Shown: positions 13,770-27,573 of the stretch, piece by piece
Numbering within the stretch: position 1 is the first letter of the stretch
How the letters are laid out: every line of letters begins with the position of its first letter
DNA from: Octopus vulgaris
Lineage: Eukaryota
Reading direction: 5' to 3'
Length of the DNA: 64,000 nucleotides
Assembly (NCBI GenBank): GCA_951406725.2
Contig: OX597823.1
Coordinates: 56,792,001-56,856,000 of the forward strand
Notes under the pieces: generated by a model
Seen by the model: only the letters and a program-made list of their open reading frames with translations
Database searches by the model: none
Told to the model about the DNA's origin: nothing
Position numbers and translations under genes: made by a program

Positions 13770-14245
13770 ACTTTAACGGCAGTGTTTGAAGAGTCGTGTA
13801 AGTTTCGGTTAGAATGACTTACAGTATTTATTCTAAAACACTTTGCTTTGAGTTCAAATCCAGCCGTGATCAACGTTACCGTTGATATTTTCGGAATCAG
13901 TAAATGACGCATTGGTCCAGGAACACTGGAGTCAATTCTATCCCTCTCTTGATCACATTTATCTCTGTTTCTGAAATTTTAGGTCTGTGTTCAGAGCTAA
14001 AGTGGAATGAGATCCGCCAGTTTTTAAAAAATGTTTTCAAATTTTGGCACCAGGCCAGCAAGTTCAGAAGAGTGGGCAAGACGATTATATCAACCTTAGT
14101 TCTCAACTAGTACTTATTGTAGCGACTTCGAATGAATGAAAGGCAAAGTCGATCCCGGTGGATTTGAGATGAAAACGAAAAAACGTATGAAATGCCGCTA
14201 AGCATTTTGCCTCGCGTGCTAACGATTCTGCCAGCTCACCACCAA
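13770..14245. mobile_element. Two degenerate family B SINEs in opposite orientation
   Basis: + copy gagttcaaatcc...; - copy gaaaggcaaagtcga...aacgattctgccagctcaccacc. Confidence 0.6.
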
Positions 14246-14672
14246 GTTTAGACAAAATGTCTCAAAGACATCCTATGACACTATAGCACCCTTACAAACT
14301 CTAGCAAGTGTTGAAGGTTCAACAAGGAAAGAAAATCGATTTTATCTTTTTAGGTAGTACTAATTTCATCAATACCTGGAGGTGCGAAAGGTAAAGTTGG
14401 ACGCAATGGGATTTGAATTCTAGCCATGAGATAGAGGTAATTAATAGTGCAAGACATTTGATACTCAGCTTTGCCAATGCCGCCATATCTTTAGGATGGG
14501 AATATGTTCAAAGGTTTATCCTGTTCATATTCCTGTCTGATTCACTAAAAGAAATACACGAGTAGAATGCGCTTCAAGGTTTTGCTGAAGGATAATGTCG
14601 AAATACAAATATATAAATAAATAAATAGGTGTATTCATAAGAGGGAGATAAATTGATTGCTAGCGTGATTGA

Positions 14673-14735
<63 letters not shown>

Positions 14736-14989
14736 AAACACACACACACACACACAAACACACAAACACACACACACACACACACTCTCACACACACACA
14801 TTTATATACATTGAAGGATAGACACGCAGATATAGATTCATAAACGAACTTGACATAAATACAGATTGCGAAAGAAGGAAATAGGGAAATAGATAAATCT
14901 ACATATATCAATCAAATTATCAATCAATAAATCTATCATTTTTTTCTCTGTTCTTCCTCTTTCCCTTGCTACCACTCTCTCTCACCCTT

Positions 14990-15044
<55 letters not shown>

Positions 15045-15082
15045 GTTTATGTGCGCGTGTGTATATGTGTGTGTATGTATAT

Positions 15083-15118
<36 letters not shown>

Positions 15119-15160
15119 CTGTATGCATATATATACATATATATATACATATACATATAC

Positions 15161-15230
<70 letters not shown>

Positions 15231-15979
15231 GTATGCATATATTTACATACATACACACACATATAAACATCTATATTACCTTTGCAATCTGAAAAATTCA
15301 GAAAAGCAAAGCTTTGCAGATCGCGCCCAACTAATGCAGTCCACGCTGAAGGTGTTTTGATGTTTCTAATGAGACTTTATTTGTTATTCTTATTTTTCTT
15401 CTGAATTTTTAAAATTGATAATATAATTAATGTACACTCTGCATAAGTATATAGTTTTCTTGTTTCTCACCGGTGTAGGTTCGTTTATGTCATGATAGCA
15501 GTTAGGCAAAAGAAAAAAGAAAAAAAAGAAATGGATAAAAACGAGAGTAGAGAAACACAGAATATACCCTGAGGTCCAGCTGATCAAATCGACCGACGAA
15601 AACCTTTCAGTGCCCCAGTTAGGCCACAGTCCAATGACAGGAAAAGAATAAAAGAATGAAAGAATTAAAGAAATACATAAATACAACCTACCAACTAACC
15701 GACCGACCGACCAACCAACCAAACAAACAAACAAACAAACAAACAAACAAACAAACAAACAAACATACATACATACATACATACATACATACATACATAC
15801 ATACATACATACATACATACATACGTATTCGTTTAGATCACTAGCGAACGAAATCCCTCGTATTTTATACATACGTACGTACATTCAAACATATACAAGT
15901 ACATACATATATATACATATATACATATACAAATATATACGTACAAATGTGTATAAATACATACATACACACACACACA

Positions 15980-16039
<60 letters not shown>

Positions 16040-16174
16040 CACATATATACACATGTATATATTTAATATACGTGTGTATATATTATATATATATATTTAA
16101 TATACGTGTATATATTATATATATATAACAATATATATATATATTGTTATATTATATATATATATATGTATATG

Positions 16175-16208
<34 letters not shown>

Positions 16209-16870
16209 TGTATGTATATGTGTATGTATGTATGTATATATGTATGTATGTATATAACATATAGAAATACATATGTACATACATACAGGATACATATTTA
16301 CTATTGCGTGGTTGATAACGTAGATAGATGCATAAATAGATAAGTCGGTCGTGTATACTGATAGATAAATAGATAAAGGAGGTGACAATACGTCCATCCA
16401 TTGAATGAGGAAGTACCGCGATAAATAATGGTTTATTTTTGTTATTATTCCGGTGTCTGCCTGTCAATGCTTCTATCAATCTGTTTATCTTTCAATGAGC
16501 CTTAACAATTCAATGACTATACATTTTTTCTGGTTTTCCTTTCTCCACACCAGTCACGGTTTCAAGCAAGCTATCTAACCATGCCGAGCAAGAGTATTCT
16601 TGTACATAGAGGATATATTCTCTGTGTACGAATAAGGTAGTTTTCAATCCTTGATCGTTAGGAACAAAGCTGCTTGGTCATGGTTGGAAAGCCTATAAAA
16701 CGTTGATCTTCTTTTGGCAACAACAATGACAACAGCAACAAAAACAACTCGTCGATCATTCAGTCAGCTTTAACTAAACATTCTTTCTCGATCCGTAATA
16801 TTTCTCACTCTATATCTGTCTATCTGACTGTCCTGTGTACATCTTACTTTTACGTCTGTCTGGTCATCAG

Positions 16871-16958
<88 letters not shown>

Positions 16959-16971
16959 ATACAGACACACG

Positions 16972-17132
16972 GAGGCCTAAGCATAGCTGTGTGGTAAGAA
17001 GCTTGCTTCCTAGTCACATGGACCTGGGTTCAGTCCTATTGCGTGGCACCTTGAGCAAGTAACTTCTATAGCCTGGGGCCGACCAAAGCTTTGTGAATGG
17101 ATTTGACTGAGGAAACTGAAAAGAAGCCCGTC

Positions 17133-17174
<42 letters not shown>

Positions 17175-17391
17175 CGTATATATTTGAGTGTGTATGTCTT
17201 TGTTTCTGTCTTAACGCACCAGGCTGGTGTGTTTACGTCTCCGCAAAAGTAACCGATAGAATAAGCACTAGTCTTACAAAGAATAAACTCTGGGGATCGA
17301 TATCTTCGACTAAAACCCATTAAGGCGGTGCTCCAGCATGACTGCAGCCAAGTGACTGAAACAACTAACAGAATAAAAGAATATATATATA

Positions 17392-17469
<78 letters not shown>

Positions 17470-17860
17470 TGCATGAGTGGCTGCGTGGTAAGAAGCTTGC
17501 TTCCTAACCACCATGGTTCCAGGCTCAGTCCTACTGCTTGGTACCTTGAACAATTGTCTTCTGCTTTAGCCTTGGGAGCGGATTTGGTAGACGGAAACTG
17601 AAAGAAGCCCGTCGTATGTATATATGCCTATGCATCTATATGTGTGTGCGTATGTGTTTGTCCTCTCATCACCACTTGACAACCAGTATCGGCGTGTTTA
17701 CGTACGCGTAACTTTAGGGGTTCGGCAAAAGAGACCAATAGAATAAGTACCATGCTTAAAAAAAATAAGTATTGGGGTCGATTCTTTTGGCTAAAAATTC
17801 AAGGCGTTGCTCCAGCATGGCCGCAGCCTAATGACTGAAACAGGTAAAAAAATACAAGAT
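16972..17860 (+). mobile_element. Two tandem family A SINEs separated by (TA)n
   Basis: Heads at ~16972 and ~17468; both carry gaaactgaaagaagcccgtcgtat and gctccagcatg...actgaaaca. Confidence 0.88.
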
Positions 17861-17907
17861 TAAAGATACATATACATACTTACATATATACATATACATA
17901 CATACAT

Positions 17908-17955
<48 letters not shown>

Positions 17956-18657
17956 ACACACACACACGCACACACACACGCACACACACACACACACACA
18001 CATATATGCGTAGTGCAGTGTTCGAATTCGCTGCTCAACATTTCAAGCTACTGTCTTCCGTCGGCTGCCTATGCTTCGGGTCATTCCGGAAATTGATGGT
18101 GTTGTTTTTGTGTAACTTCAAGATCCAACAGGGCAATGAATAAATGAAAGCATTCCAGCTACGAGTATTCTGGTTCCTTTTGTTTATTTATTATCTATTC
18201 ATGTTTTTTTTTCTTTCTTTCTTATATATCGGACATACCTAGGACAACATTATCGGAAATTGCACGGAAGACCATCAAATGGACTGTCTTTTTTCTTGGG
18301 TAGTAGTCATGAGCGGTAACCCACAATAAAGGTCGTAAGGTCAGTCTTTTCACCTCAGACAACAAAACGTCTCTCTCTCTCTGTCTATCTCTCTCTTTCT
18401 CTATCTGTCTGTCTTTCAGCCTATCTGTCTTCTACCAGTCGCTTTGTCTCTTCAAGTCAGACTGTCTATCCATCAGTCTTTTCAAATATTTCAAGCTTCC
18501 TTCATCGTTTACTCTTCACTGATCCAGCAGACGGAGAAATAAATAGCTTGAAAATAATGCAAAATGATAGATAGTCATTTGGATAAATGCACGCATACGC
18601 TAACAAATACAAATTCACAGATTTGAATGTATGTACGTGTGTAGGTATGTGCATGTG

Positions 18658-18688
<31 letters not shown>

Positions 18689-18879
18689 GTATGTGATTGA
18701 ATGTGTGTGTGTGTGTGTGTCTGTGCTCGTGTATGTGTGTGTGTCTGCATATATACATAGATGTGTATATATGTACACATATGTATATATATATATATAT
18801 AGTTATATACATATATGAATATACTATATATCTATACAGATATAGACGTGTTTACATGCACGTATATATACATACAAAC

Positions 18880-18930
<51 letters not shown>

Positions 18931-18997
18931 TGTATGTAATGTATATATATATAAATATATGTATGTAGATCTATATCTATATATCTTTGTCTATCTA

Positions 18998-19098
<101 letters not shown>

Positions 19099-19620
19099 TT
19101 ATCTATCTATCTATGTATATACTGATAGAGAAGCTGCAGGGAAAGACACAAAGAGAAAGAGAGAGAAACAGCTGTAGTGTTTCTGTTTGTATATGTTTAC
19201 TGGTTGTATAAGTGAAGTTTTACAAATGACGAGTAAAGGAAATTACTCTCTGTATCATTATTCACCCTTGTCAACGTACGGCCATTTTTACTTCTTTCTT
19301 TCTCTATTTACAATCTTTAAATCCTACCCGGTCTGTTTTTTTTTTTATTTTTTCCTTTTTTCCTGAACTCTCTTATACTATTTCGTTTCCCTTTTTTCTC
19401 TGACCATTGTAAAAGCGACGACATTAGGTGATGACCAATGTTCTAATAAATTAGCAGTCCTTTAACCTTCTGTTTCCTGTTAGGATGAAGAAAAACCAAT
19501 CCCAATTGATGTCCGAATGTAATTTTCAAACATGGAGAATGCTGCCATAATTACATAAAAAGACCTGCTCGAAGTATTATATGAATCATTGATGTCGTTA
19601 TAGGTGTTAACGCAAAAAAG

Positions 19621-19677
<57 letters not shown>

Positions 19678-19756
19678 TTGTATACACAGACATATATATA
19701 TGTACAATATATATACATACACGCAATATACACACACACATATATGTATACATTGC

Positions 19757-19794
<38 letters not shown>

Positions 19795-20175
19795 ACATAT
19801 ATAGATAGATATATCTATATAGAAGAGAGAGATATATAGAGTAAGGGAGTGAGACAGTGAGTGAGTAAAACTAAGTAGGAGAAAAAGAGATCTTTGTGTC
19901 ATGTTGTGTCGTTGTATACAATAATTATAACACACACAGACACGCACATACATGAATATAGATTTGTGCTCGATCCATCTCTCTCCCTCTGTGTGTGTAT
20001 ATATACATATACACATAAGTGCGTACATACGTTATTTATATACATTATTTACATGTGTGTTTACATATGCAGGTACTTATATATATGTATATATATATAC
20101 ACATACATACTTCAATACTTATTTTGGTTTCGCTATCCGTCCATCCATGCATCCATCCATCCATCCATACATCAC

Positions 20176-20285
<110 letters not shown>

Positions 20286-20454
20286 GTCTGTCTGTCTGTC
20301 TGTCTGTCTGTCAATACATACATACATACATACATACATACATACACACATACATACATACATACATGTATTAATGTATATCTGTGTATGTACACTCACA
20401 AGATTGTATGTCTATTCATTACACAAGTTTGTTGATCGTGATTTCTATTTGTCG

Positions 20455-20478
20455 GCGCCGTTGTCGTCTTCGTTGTCG

Positions 20479-20539
<61 letters not shown>

Positions 20540-20720
20540 TTCCCGTCACCATTCCCTTCACCGTTGCCTACAACATCAACTACTACCGCTAATCGTTATC
20601 ATGATCCTTATAATGACTCCTGTCATCATCATCATCATCAAATCATCATCACCACCACCCTCATCATCATCATCATCATCATCATCACCACCACCCTCAT
20701 CATCATCATCATCATCATCG

Positions 20721-20758
<38 letters not shown>

Positions 20759-20833
20759 TCATCATTATCAAATCATCATCATCTTCATCAGCATCATCAT
20801 CATCAAATCATCATCATCATCATCATCATCATC

Positions 20834-20902
<69 letters not shown>

Positions 20903-20990
20903 CCATACCCACTGTCGTCTTCACGTCTTCGTCGCCGCTGCCGCCGCCGCCGCTGCCACTGCCGTTGCCGTCGTCGTGTTCGTCGTCATC
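20455..20990 (+). repeat. Compound (CAT)n/(CAC)n/(CGT)n/(GCC)n trinucleotide array
   Basis: Direct observation; source of the His/Ile/Ser-run ORFs. Confidence 0.92.
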
Positions 20991-21108
20991 GTACGTCGAC
21001 GTCGCTTTATGTGCCATTCCATGGAACTGGACAACGCGAGTTAAATATTTCCGCGCTGTTCGGTGTTTTGATGTCATTAGGAGACACTAACATAAGAAGA
21101 TGACTCAC

Positions 21109-21156
21109 CTCAGATGAACAACATCGACTGGACAATATCGGCAAGAGATGAGGTCA
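21109..21156 (-). other. Candidate 48-nt exon
   Basis: Minus: pyrimidine-rich (ct)n(ctat)n-tttgctcAG acceptor, 48 nt, then GAG/GTGAGT consensus donor; one open frame DLISCRYCPVDVVHL. Confidence 0.3.
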
Positions 21157-21165
21157 CTGAGCAAA

Positions 21166-21231
<66 letters not shown>

Positions 21232-21602
21232 GGGTGGTGGTCAGGGAGAGAGAGGTGGGGTGAGAGCGAAAGAAAGATAACGGATGTCTGACTGGACTTT
21301 GCGTAAACATAACTTGCCGTAGCTGTCACTTTCTTCACGTTACTCATTCCAGACCAGCGGTCAATTTGACAGAAGTTCCGAAGCTTTGTGGAAAGGTCGA
21401 TCCATCGAATGGTATACATACATACATTCATACCTACCTACCTACACACACACAAGTGTGTGTGTACATATATATATATATATATATATGTGTGTCTGTG
21501 TGTGTGTGTGTGTATGTATATATATATATTTATAGATACATATATACATACATTCATACATGCACACATGTACTACGTTATGCATATGTGTACATGCATG
21601 TT

Positions 21603-21645
<43 letters not shown>

Positions 21646-22187
21646 TTATTTACAGCGTAATCCATATATACATGCATTCGTACATATATTCCTGCATACA
21701 CACATACCTATTATATATATATATATATGTTAGTATGTTTATGTTTATATGTATATATGTGTATGCAAGTATGTACCTGTGTGTCTGTGTATGTATGCAT
21801 ATATATTTATATGCGTGTATATATTTTCTATCTCCCTTTATACATACATATTCATATATATACTAAAATACATATATGTGTATGTATATGCGTTTGTACA
21901 TATATGTATACACATACATGTATGTACATATGTATATATAAAGGGAGATTATCTTTGTTTCGTTGATGGATTGACGCACACACACATCCACACACACAAA
22001 TGGATAGATGGACAATCACAAAAAGGAAATTCATACGAACAGAAAGAGAAGAATTGTTAGACTTAGATTAACTGATTTGTACGTGACTAAAGAAATACGT
22101 TGAAAAGTAGATATACATTAAAACAAGATAAATACGTCATTATATAGTTAGAAAGAAATACAGATTGATCGGTATGTGTATTCCTAC

Positions 22188-22241
<54 letters not shown>

Positions 22242-22244
<3 letters not shown>

Positions 22245-22446
22245 CGCGTGTGTACCGTTGGCAATTTTTTTTTCCTCCGTCTTCCCTTCTTTGGATCTTT
22301 CCTTTTCTTATGTTTCTGACAAAGATCTCCGCTCGAAACATTAAACCCTCCTTCTTTCCTTCAGTACTGAGCGTCCAATAACACTATACTTGTTCCACGT
22401 CCTCGCGTTGTTGTGTTTTCTCTTTGTGTCTTCATGTTTGGATTAA

Positions 22447-22448
<2 letters not shown>
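22242..22448 (+). mobile_element. Short Penelope pLTR-like element with a minimal hammerhead-like motif (core mutated)
   Basis: ctgacaa-agatctccgctc-gaaacatt; homologous to 51092-51285 and 61351-61553; flanked by (TA)n on both sides. Confidence 0.7.
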
Positions 22449-22497
<49 letters not shown>

Positions 22498-22502
22498 GTA
22501 TA

Positions 22503-22573
<71 letters not shown>

Positions 22574-22623
22574 GAGTAATGATGCTAAGCAATGTTTACG
22601 TATAATCACAATATTTCAACTAA

Positions 22624-22659
<36 letters not shown>

Positions 22660-22669
<10 letters not shown>

Positions 22670-22972
22670 GGGTTTGGTCAAGTGTCTCTGCTGCTGTAGC
22701 CTCGGGTCGACTAAAGCCCCGTGAGTGGATTTGGCAGACGGAAACTAAAAGAAGTCCGTCGTATATATGATGTATATGTCTGTGTATGTGTCTTTGTGTC
22801 TGTGTTTGTCCCCCCATAACAATTTGACAATCGGTGTTAGTGTGTTTACAACCCCTTAACTTAGAGGTTAATGAAAGAGGCTGATAGAATAAATATTAGG
22901 CTTAAAATTTATTCGACTAAAACCCTTCAAGACAATGGTTCAGCATAGCCGCAGTCAGATGACTGAAACAAG
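22660..22972 (+). mobile_element. SINE family A, 5'-truncated and degenerate
   Basis: caagtgtct...gagtggatttggcagacggaaactaaaagaag...atgactgaaacaagt. Confidence 0.8.
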
Positions 22973-23069
22973 TATATATGCATACATACATACATACATA
23001 CATACATACATACATACATACATACATACATACATACATACATACATACATGCATGCATACATACATAC

Positions 23070-23103
<34 letters not shown>

Positions 23104-23151
23104 ATATTCCGAGTAACAGCTTTTGTTATATTTCTGCTGCTTTTAAGTAAA

Positions 23152-23186
<35 letters not shown>

Positions 23187-23202
23187 TATATGTATATATA
23201 TA

Positions 23203-23456
23203 TATCACGTGATCACGTGATCACGTGACCGACCACACCATCAGATGTTGTTACACATCGCTGGTCACAATGCGTTCGCATTGTTTTAGCCTTCGGATGA
23301 CGCCACCCCGCTGGCTAAGCGAGCAGGCCAATAGAAGAAAGAGTGGGAGAAAGAGTGGTGAAAGAGTACAGCAGGAATCACCAACCCCTGTCGGAGCTCG
23401 TGGAGCTTTTAGGTGTTTTCGCTCAATAAACACTCACAACGCCCGGTCTGGGAATC
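23203..23456 (-). mobile_element. SINE related to family D with a different tail ending in (tcacgtga)-type repeats
   Basis: Minus ttcccagaccgggcgttgtgagtgtttattgagcgaaaacacctaaaagctccacg matches 2377-2427; 3' tail differs and ends ggtcacgtgatcacgtgatcacgtgat. Confidence 0.7.
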
Positions 23457-23742
23457 AGAAAAATATATATATGAAGAAATTGGGGTGGTGAGGGAGAAAA
23501 TTAAAATAGAGAATGTGTTTTTTCGTGGACTTTGGTAGTCATGACACTTGCATAACCATAACCCCATCCGACCTTATATCTCCTTTTCGTTACTCCGTAA
23601 TGTGCCGCAATACCTACCTCTTTATATTCTACACTCAAAAACAAATTTCTACTACTTTCATTATCATCCTACAATTTTTTTCATCTCTTTAACAACCTGA
23701 TTAACGATATACTTTATCGCTGTCCCAGATAAAGTCGTCTAA

Positions 23743-23797
23743 AAATGTGTTAAGAGCTGGTATAAATGTGTTAAGAGCTGGTATAAATGTGTTAAGA
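23743..23797 (+). repeat. 21-bp tandem repeat, about 2.6 copies
   Basis: aaatgtgttaagagctggtat repeated exactly. Confidence 0.9.
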
Positions 23798-24717
23798 ATT
23801 TTATACTTTTTCACCTTGTCGTCCAATTTGTATATCGACTTCAGTCAATGGGGGAGACATTTTTCTACACGTCAGACAAGGGCTACTTCTAATTGACTTT
23901 TGATAGCCTGAGAATATCACCTGTGTTTTTCGAAATGCAGAGGTAGGATATCGTCTTTCTTCACACTGTTCGACAGGAGCTTCTTTATAGCTACACCACC
24001 TCTTGTCACGCAACCCTACCACGCCGACTCTTTTCTCTCAGACAATTCATATCCAGAGCCCTTTAATTTGAAACTGCTTTAACGCACAAAAGAAAGGTAG
24101 CTCGTCTTTGCTATCTTTCAATTCAAACTTTCTCTTTATTCCTTTGCCAGGTAAAACACACGTTTGTGTTATTGCTAACGTTGTTGCAGCCATCGTCATT
24201 CGAGCAAATGGCACTGTCTATTTTAGTCACAAAATAAGCATTTTTCTGATTTTAAAATACTGTTTTCTATTGAGAAATCCAAAATGTTTACTTTTTACTG
24301 TTCAGAGTTCGTAAAAGCATGCTAGTTTCCGTAATTTTTGGTAGACAGAAAATGTTTTTACATGTTGCAGTCATATTGTTAGTCTACGAATTGAACATTT
24401 TTTTATCACAAATTAAGCTCGTTTTCTCAAAACGGTGGAATCAAATTTTTCCACTTGATTTCCCCTCGGTAAAAACGCATGATCCTAAATTTCCCCTGCA
24501 GATAAATTACTATAAAACACGCTATATTTTATCTGTATCTCAGACACTATTTTTATGAGTTCGTTTATATCACATAGTTTCAAGGTTAACAACAACGATT
24601 GGATATTTAGTTATATGATGAGATGTGTAGGTGCAGAGTCATCAAAAGAAAGAATTAATATTAACGACTGCAATGTATATGAATACCCAAATAAAAACTA
24701 TAAATATCAGCATTCCG

Positions 24718-24843
<126 letters not shown>

Positions 24844-24944
24844 TTATCCATCCATCTATCTATCTACCTATCTATCTATCTATGAATATATATTCTCTCT
24901 CTCTCTCTCTGTATGTTTGTGTGTGTGTGGGGGCGTGTGTGTGG

Positions 24945-24980
<36 letters not shown>

Positions 24981-25991
24981 CTGCATGTTTGTGCGTTGAC
25001 GTCTTTGAAGTAATACTCCCGTCATATTTCAAAGAAATGATCCGCATTTATCTGATCATGTAACAAGTAGTGAGTTGTGTGACGTCATATTAGTTTCTAA
25101 AGAAAGTAATTCAATGTACACACTTTTTCAGCAGACAATTTTTAAAATCTATACTAAGTAATATTATGACTCTAGAACTAGTAATGAAAATTTATACTAA
25201 CATTCGTCTTTGATCTTTTCTCTATAGCTACCATATTAATCAGACAGAAATAGCAAACATACCCAACATAATATAAAAAGAAAAGAAATTGTGAAAAAAA
25301 CAAAATTAAAAAACAAAACGAAAAATCATGATAAACAACGAGGATTATCTTTTTGTCCTCTGCAATTTTGATTCCGTCGCAATTAACCTTTGGTGTTTGC
25401 ATTTTGAAGAAAAATATGTCTGAATTTTTTTTAATACATGTATGGGGAAATTGATTTTTTTTTACCTGCTTCTCAATAGAATATGAATAAAATTTAACAA
25501 TTTTATAAGCTACTAAACCATTGCTACAAAAAAATATCATGCCAATAAACAGAAAGACATAAACGTTAAAAATAAAATAAAATAAAATAAAAATACGAAT
25601 AGACGAGACTAAACAAAATAAAATGATGACCAAAACATGGGAAATACTTTGAAATTTAAATGTTAAAGAAAGTAATTTTTGGTTTTCAAATTTTGTAAAG
25701 AAAATTAATCGTTTGAAAACAAAAATGTCCGCTCTATATAAAAGAAGATGAATAGAGGAGTCGGATGTATCAAACAAAGTGATTTTAACCTCTGTCGGAA
25801 TCATATTTATTTACGCACGAGTATGTTTTGTGGCCTTCTATGGACACAAGCTTACATACAAGAAAAGAGACAACTATATCACCGGGGTTAAAATCTGAAA
25901 AGGCAAGAAGTGTTCCTCAGAAATGATAAGACTTTTATATGCAATTTCATTATAATTATAACTGATCTTCAGAACTACGCTTACAATACGT

Positions 25992-26073
25992 GGCAGCGTA
26001 GCGGAGCGGTCTAAGTCGCTGGTTTAAGGCACCAGTCTCTTTGGAGGTGAGGGAACGAATCCTATCGTTGCTA
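25992..26073 (+). tRNA. trnL-AAG: tRNA-Leu(AAG), probably a pseudogene
   Basis: ggcagcgtagcggagcggtctaagtcgctggtttAAGgcaccagtctctttggaggtgagggaacgaatcctatcgttgcta: 82 nt, intact anticodon arm ctggt/accag and long variable arm. The T-loop GTTCGA is changed to GAACGA, and the D- and acceptor stems carry substitutions. Confidence 0.85.
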
Positions 26074-26305
26074 ATCGACTTCCATTTTACTGGCGAACGC
26101 AAAGCTGTTTGGTAAGTAGTTTTCTTTCACATCGTTTGGATTCAGGTTCAGCCCTACTGCGTAGCACTTTCAGAAAGTGTCTTTTACTGAAAGGAGCCTT
26201 CTTACACACACACACATGTATATTCGCACACATATGCACGTCTATCCACCACTTGACAACTGACAAAAATCCTTGATGTATTTAATCATACGGTAGAGTC
26301 TCATA

Positions 26306-26704
26306 TCTTTATATATAAAAGTAAGTTTGTGTGTCTGTCTCCTACGATTTAGATTCCTAACTACTCCCACATTTTGCGGTGCAGTGTAACCAAAACCGAG
26401 TATCTTATAGTCGTGATTCATATCGAGCCCTTCTGGGTATTATTAGCGCGCGTCTACGATGAGTCTACGATAAAAAAAAAAATTACCATAATTTTTTTCC
26501 ATTTTAATGCATTTTTTTCGCTATTAAATAAGGGAAGTAACTCTCTAAAAATGTCTACGATGAGTCAACGATTCTTAAAAAAATTTACCATCATTTTTTT
26601 CCATTTTAATGCATTTTTTTGCTATTTTTTGGCTATAACTCTCTAAAAATGCTTATATAGTTATTTCCCTTACAAACCCGAGCAACGCCGGGCGATACTG
26701 CTAG
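26306..26704 (+). mobile_element. Non-autonomous Helitron, complete
   Basis: A|TCtttatatataaaag 5' end, subterminal hairpin cccgagcaacgccggg (26677-26692), CTAG|T 3' end, no TSD; internal ~100-bp tandem duplication. Confidence 0.88.
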
Positions 26705-26734
26705 TAAGTAATAAAACGATCTTTTTAACAAAGG

Positions 26735-26950
26735 TAACCCGAGCTGGTAGAATCATTAGCTCGTCGGTCTAAGGCTTAGTGATATTTCCTTCTAGCTCTA
26801 CGTTCTGAGCTCAAAATTCCTCTGAGGTCAACTCTTCTTTTCATCCTTTTAGGCTCGATAAAATAAGTACCATATGGGAACTAGGGTCGATATAATCGAG
26901 TAATCTTCGCATCCCACAAACTTCCACGTCTTCTGCCTATGATAAAAAGG
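26735..26950 (+). mobile_element. SINE family B, degenerate
   Basis: gagctggtagaatcattagc...gttctgagctcaaaattcc...tttcatccttttaggctcgataaaataagtacc. Confidence 0.75.
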
Positions 26951-26952
26951 GT

Positions 26953-27282
26953 TAAGACCCCGCTTCAGTCAAGAATAACCATGGGATTGCACCTAGAAAG
27001 ACCCCCTCCAAGACACAAGTCAGAGCAATGTTGCATATGGAAAACCAGTTGTCGCCCATCTATACCAGCCTTCCCTCTCCATGCCACTGATGTTATCCAA
27101 GGCAGAGGCAAAGGCCAATATATCCTGGCACCAGTGACGTCGCAATTCATTTCTGAAAGAATTGGAGAAACGTGAAATAAAGAGTCTTGCTCAAGAACAC
27201 AACACATAGCTTGGTCCGGGAATCGAACTCGCTACCTCATGATTGTGAGCCCGTTGCTCTAATCACTGAGCCGTATGCCTTC
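26953..27282 (-). mobile_element. SINE family C
   Basis: Collinear with 13295-13625. Confidence 0.88.
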
Positions 27283-27344
27283 AATGCCTGTCGTTGGAGG
27301 AAAATCATATTTCTTTTTATGTATGCTTGATTTAGTGATCCTAT

Positions 27345-27573
27345 TCCTTTACTACCCACTAGGGGCTAAACACAGAGAGGACAAACAAGGACAGACAAAC
27401 GGATTAAGTCGATTACATCGACCCCAGTGCGTAACTGGTACTTAATTTATCGACCCCGAAAAGATGAAAGGTAAAGTTAACCTCTGCGGAATTTGAACTC
27501 AGAACGTAACGGCAGACGAAATACGGCTACGCATTTCGCCCCGCGTGCTAACGTTTCTGCCAGCTCGCCGCCT
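27345..27573 (-). mobile_element. SINE family B, long tail, with ~14-bp TSD
   Basis: Full length; flanked by tgatttagtgatcc and tgatttagtcatcc. Confidence 0.92.

Noticed and set aside
20384-21103. His/Ile/Ser-run ORFs up to 239 aa
   Set aside because: Translation of the (CAT)n array; all frames give homopolymers.
25178-25804. 208-aa hydrophobic ORF
   Set aside because: Phe/Ile/Leu bias from T-rich low-complexity DNA; no motif recognised.
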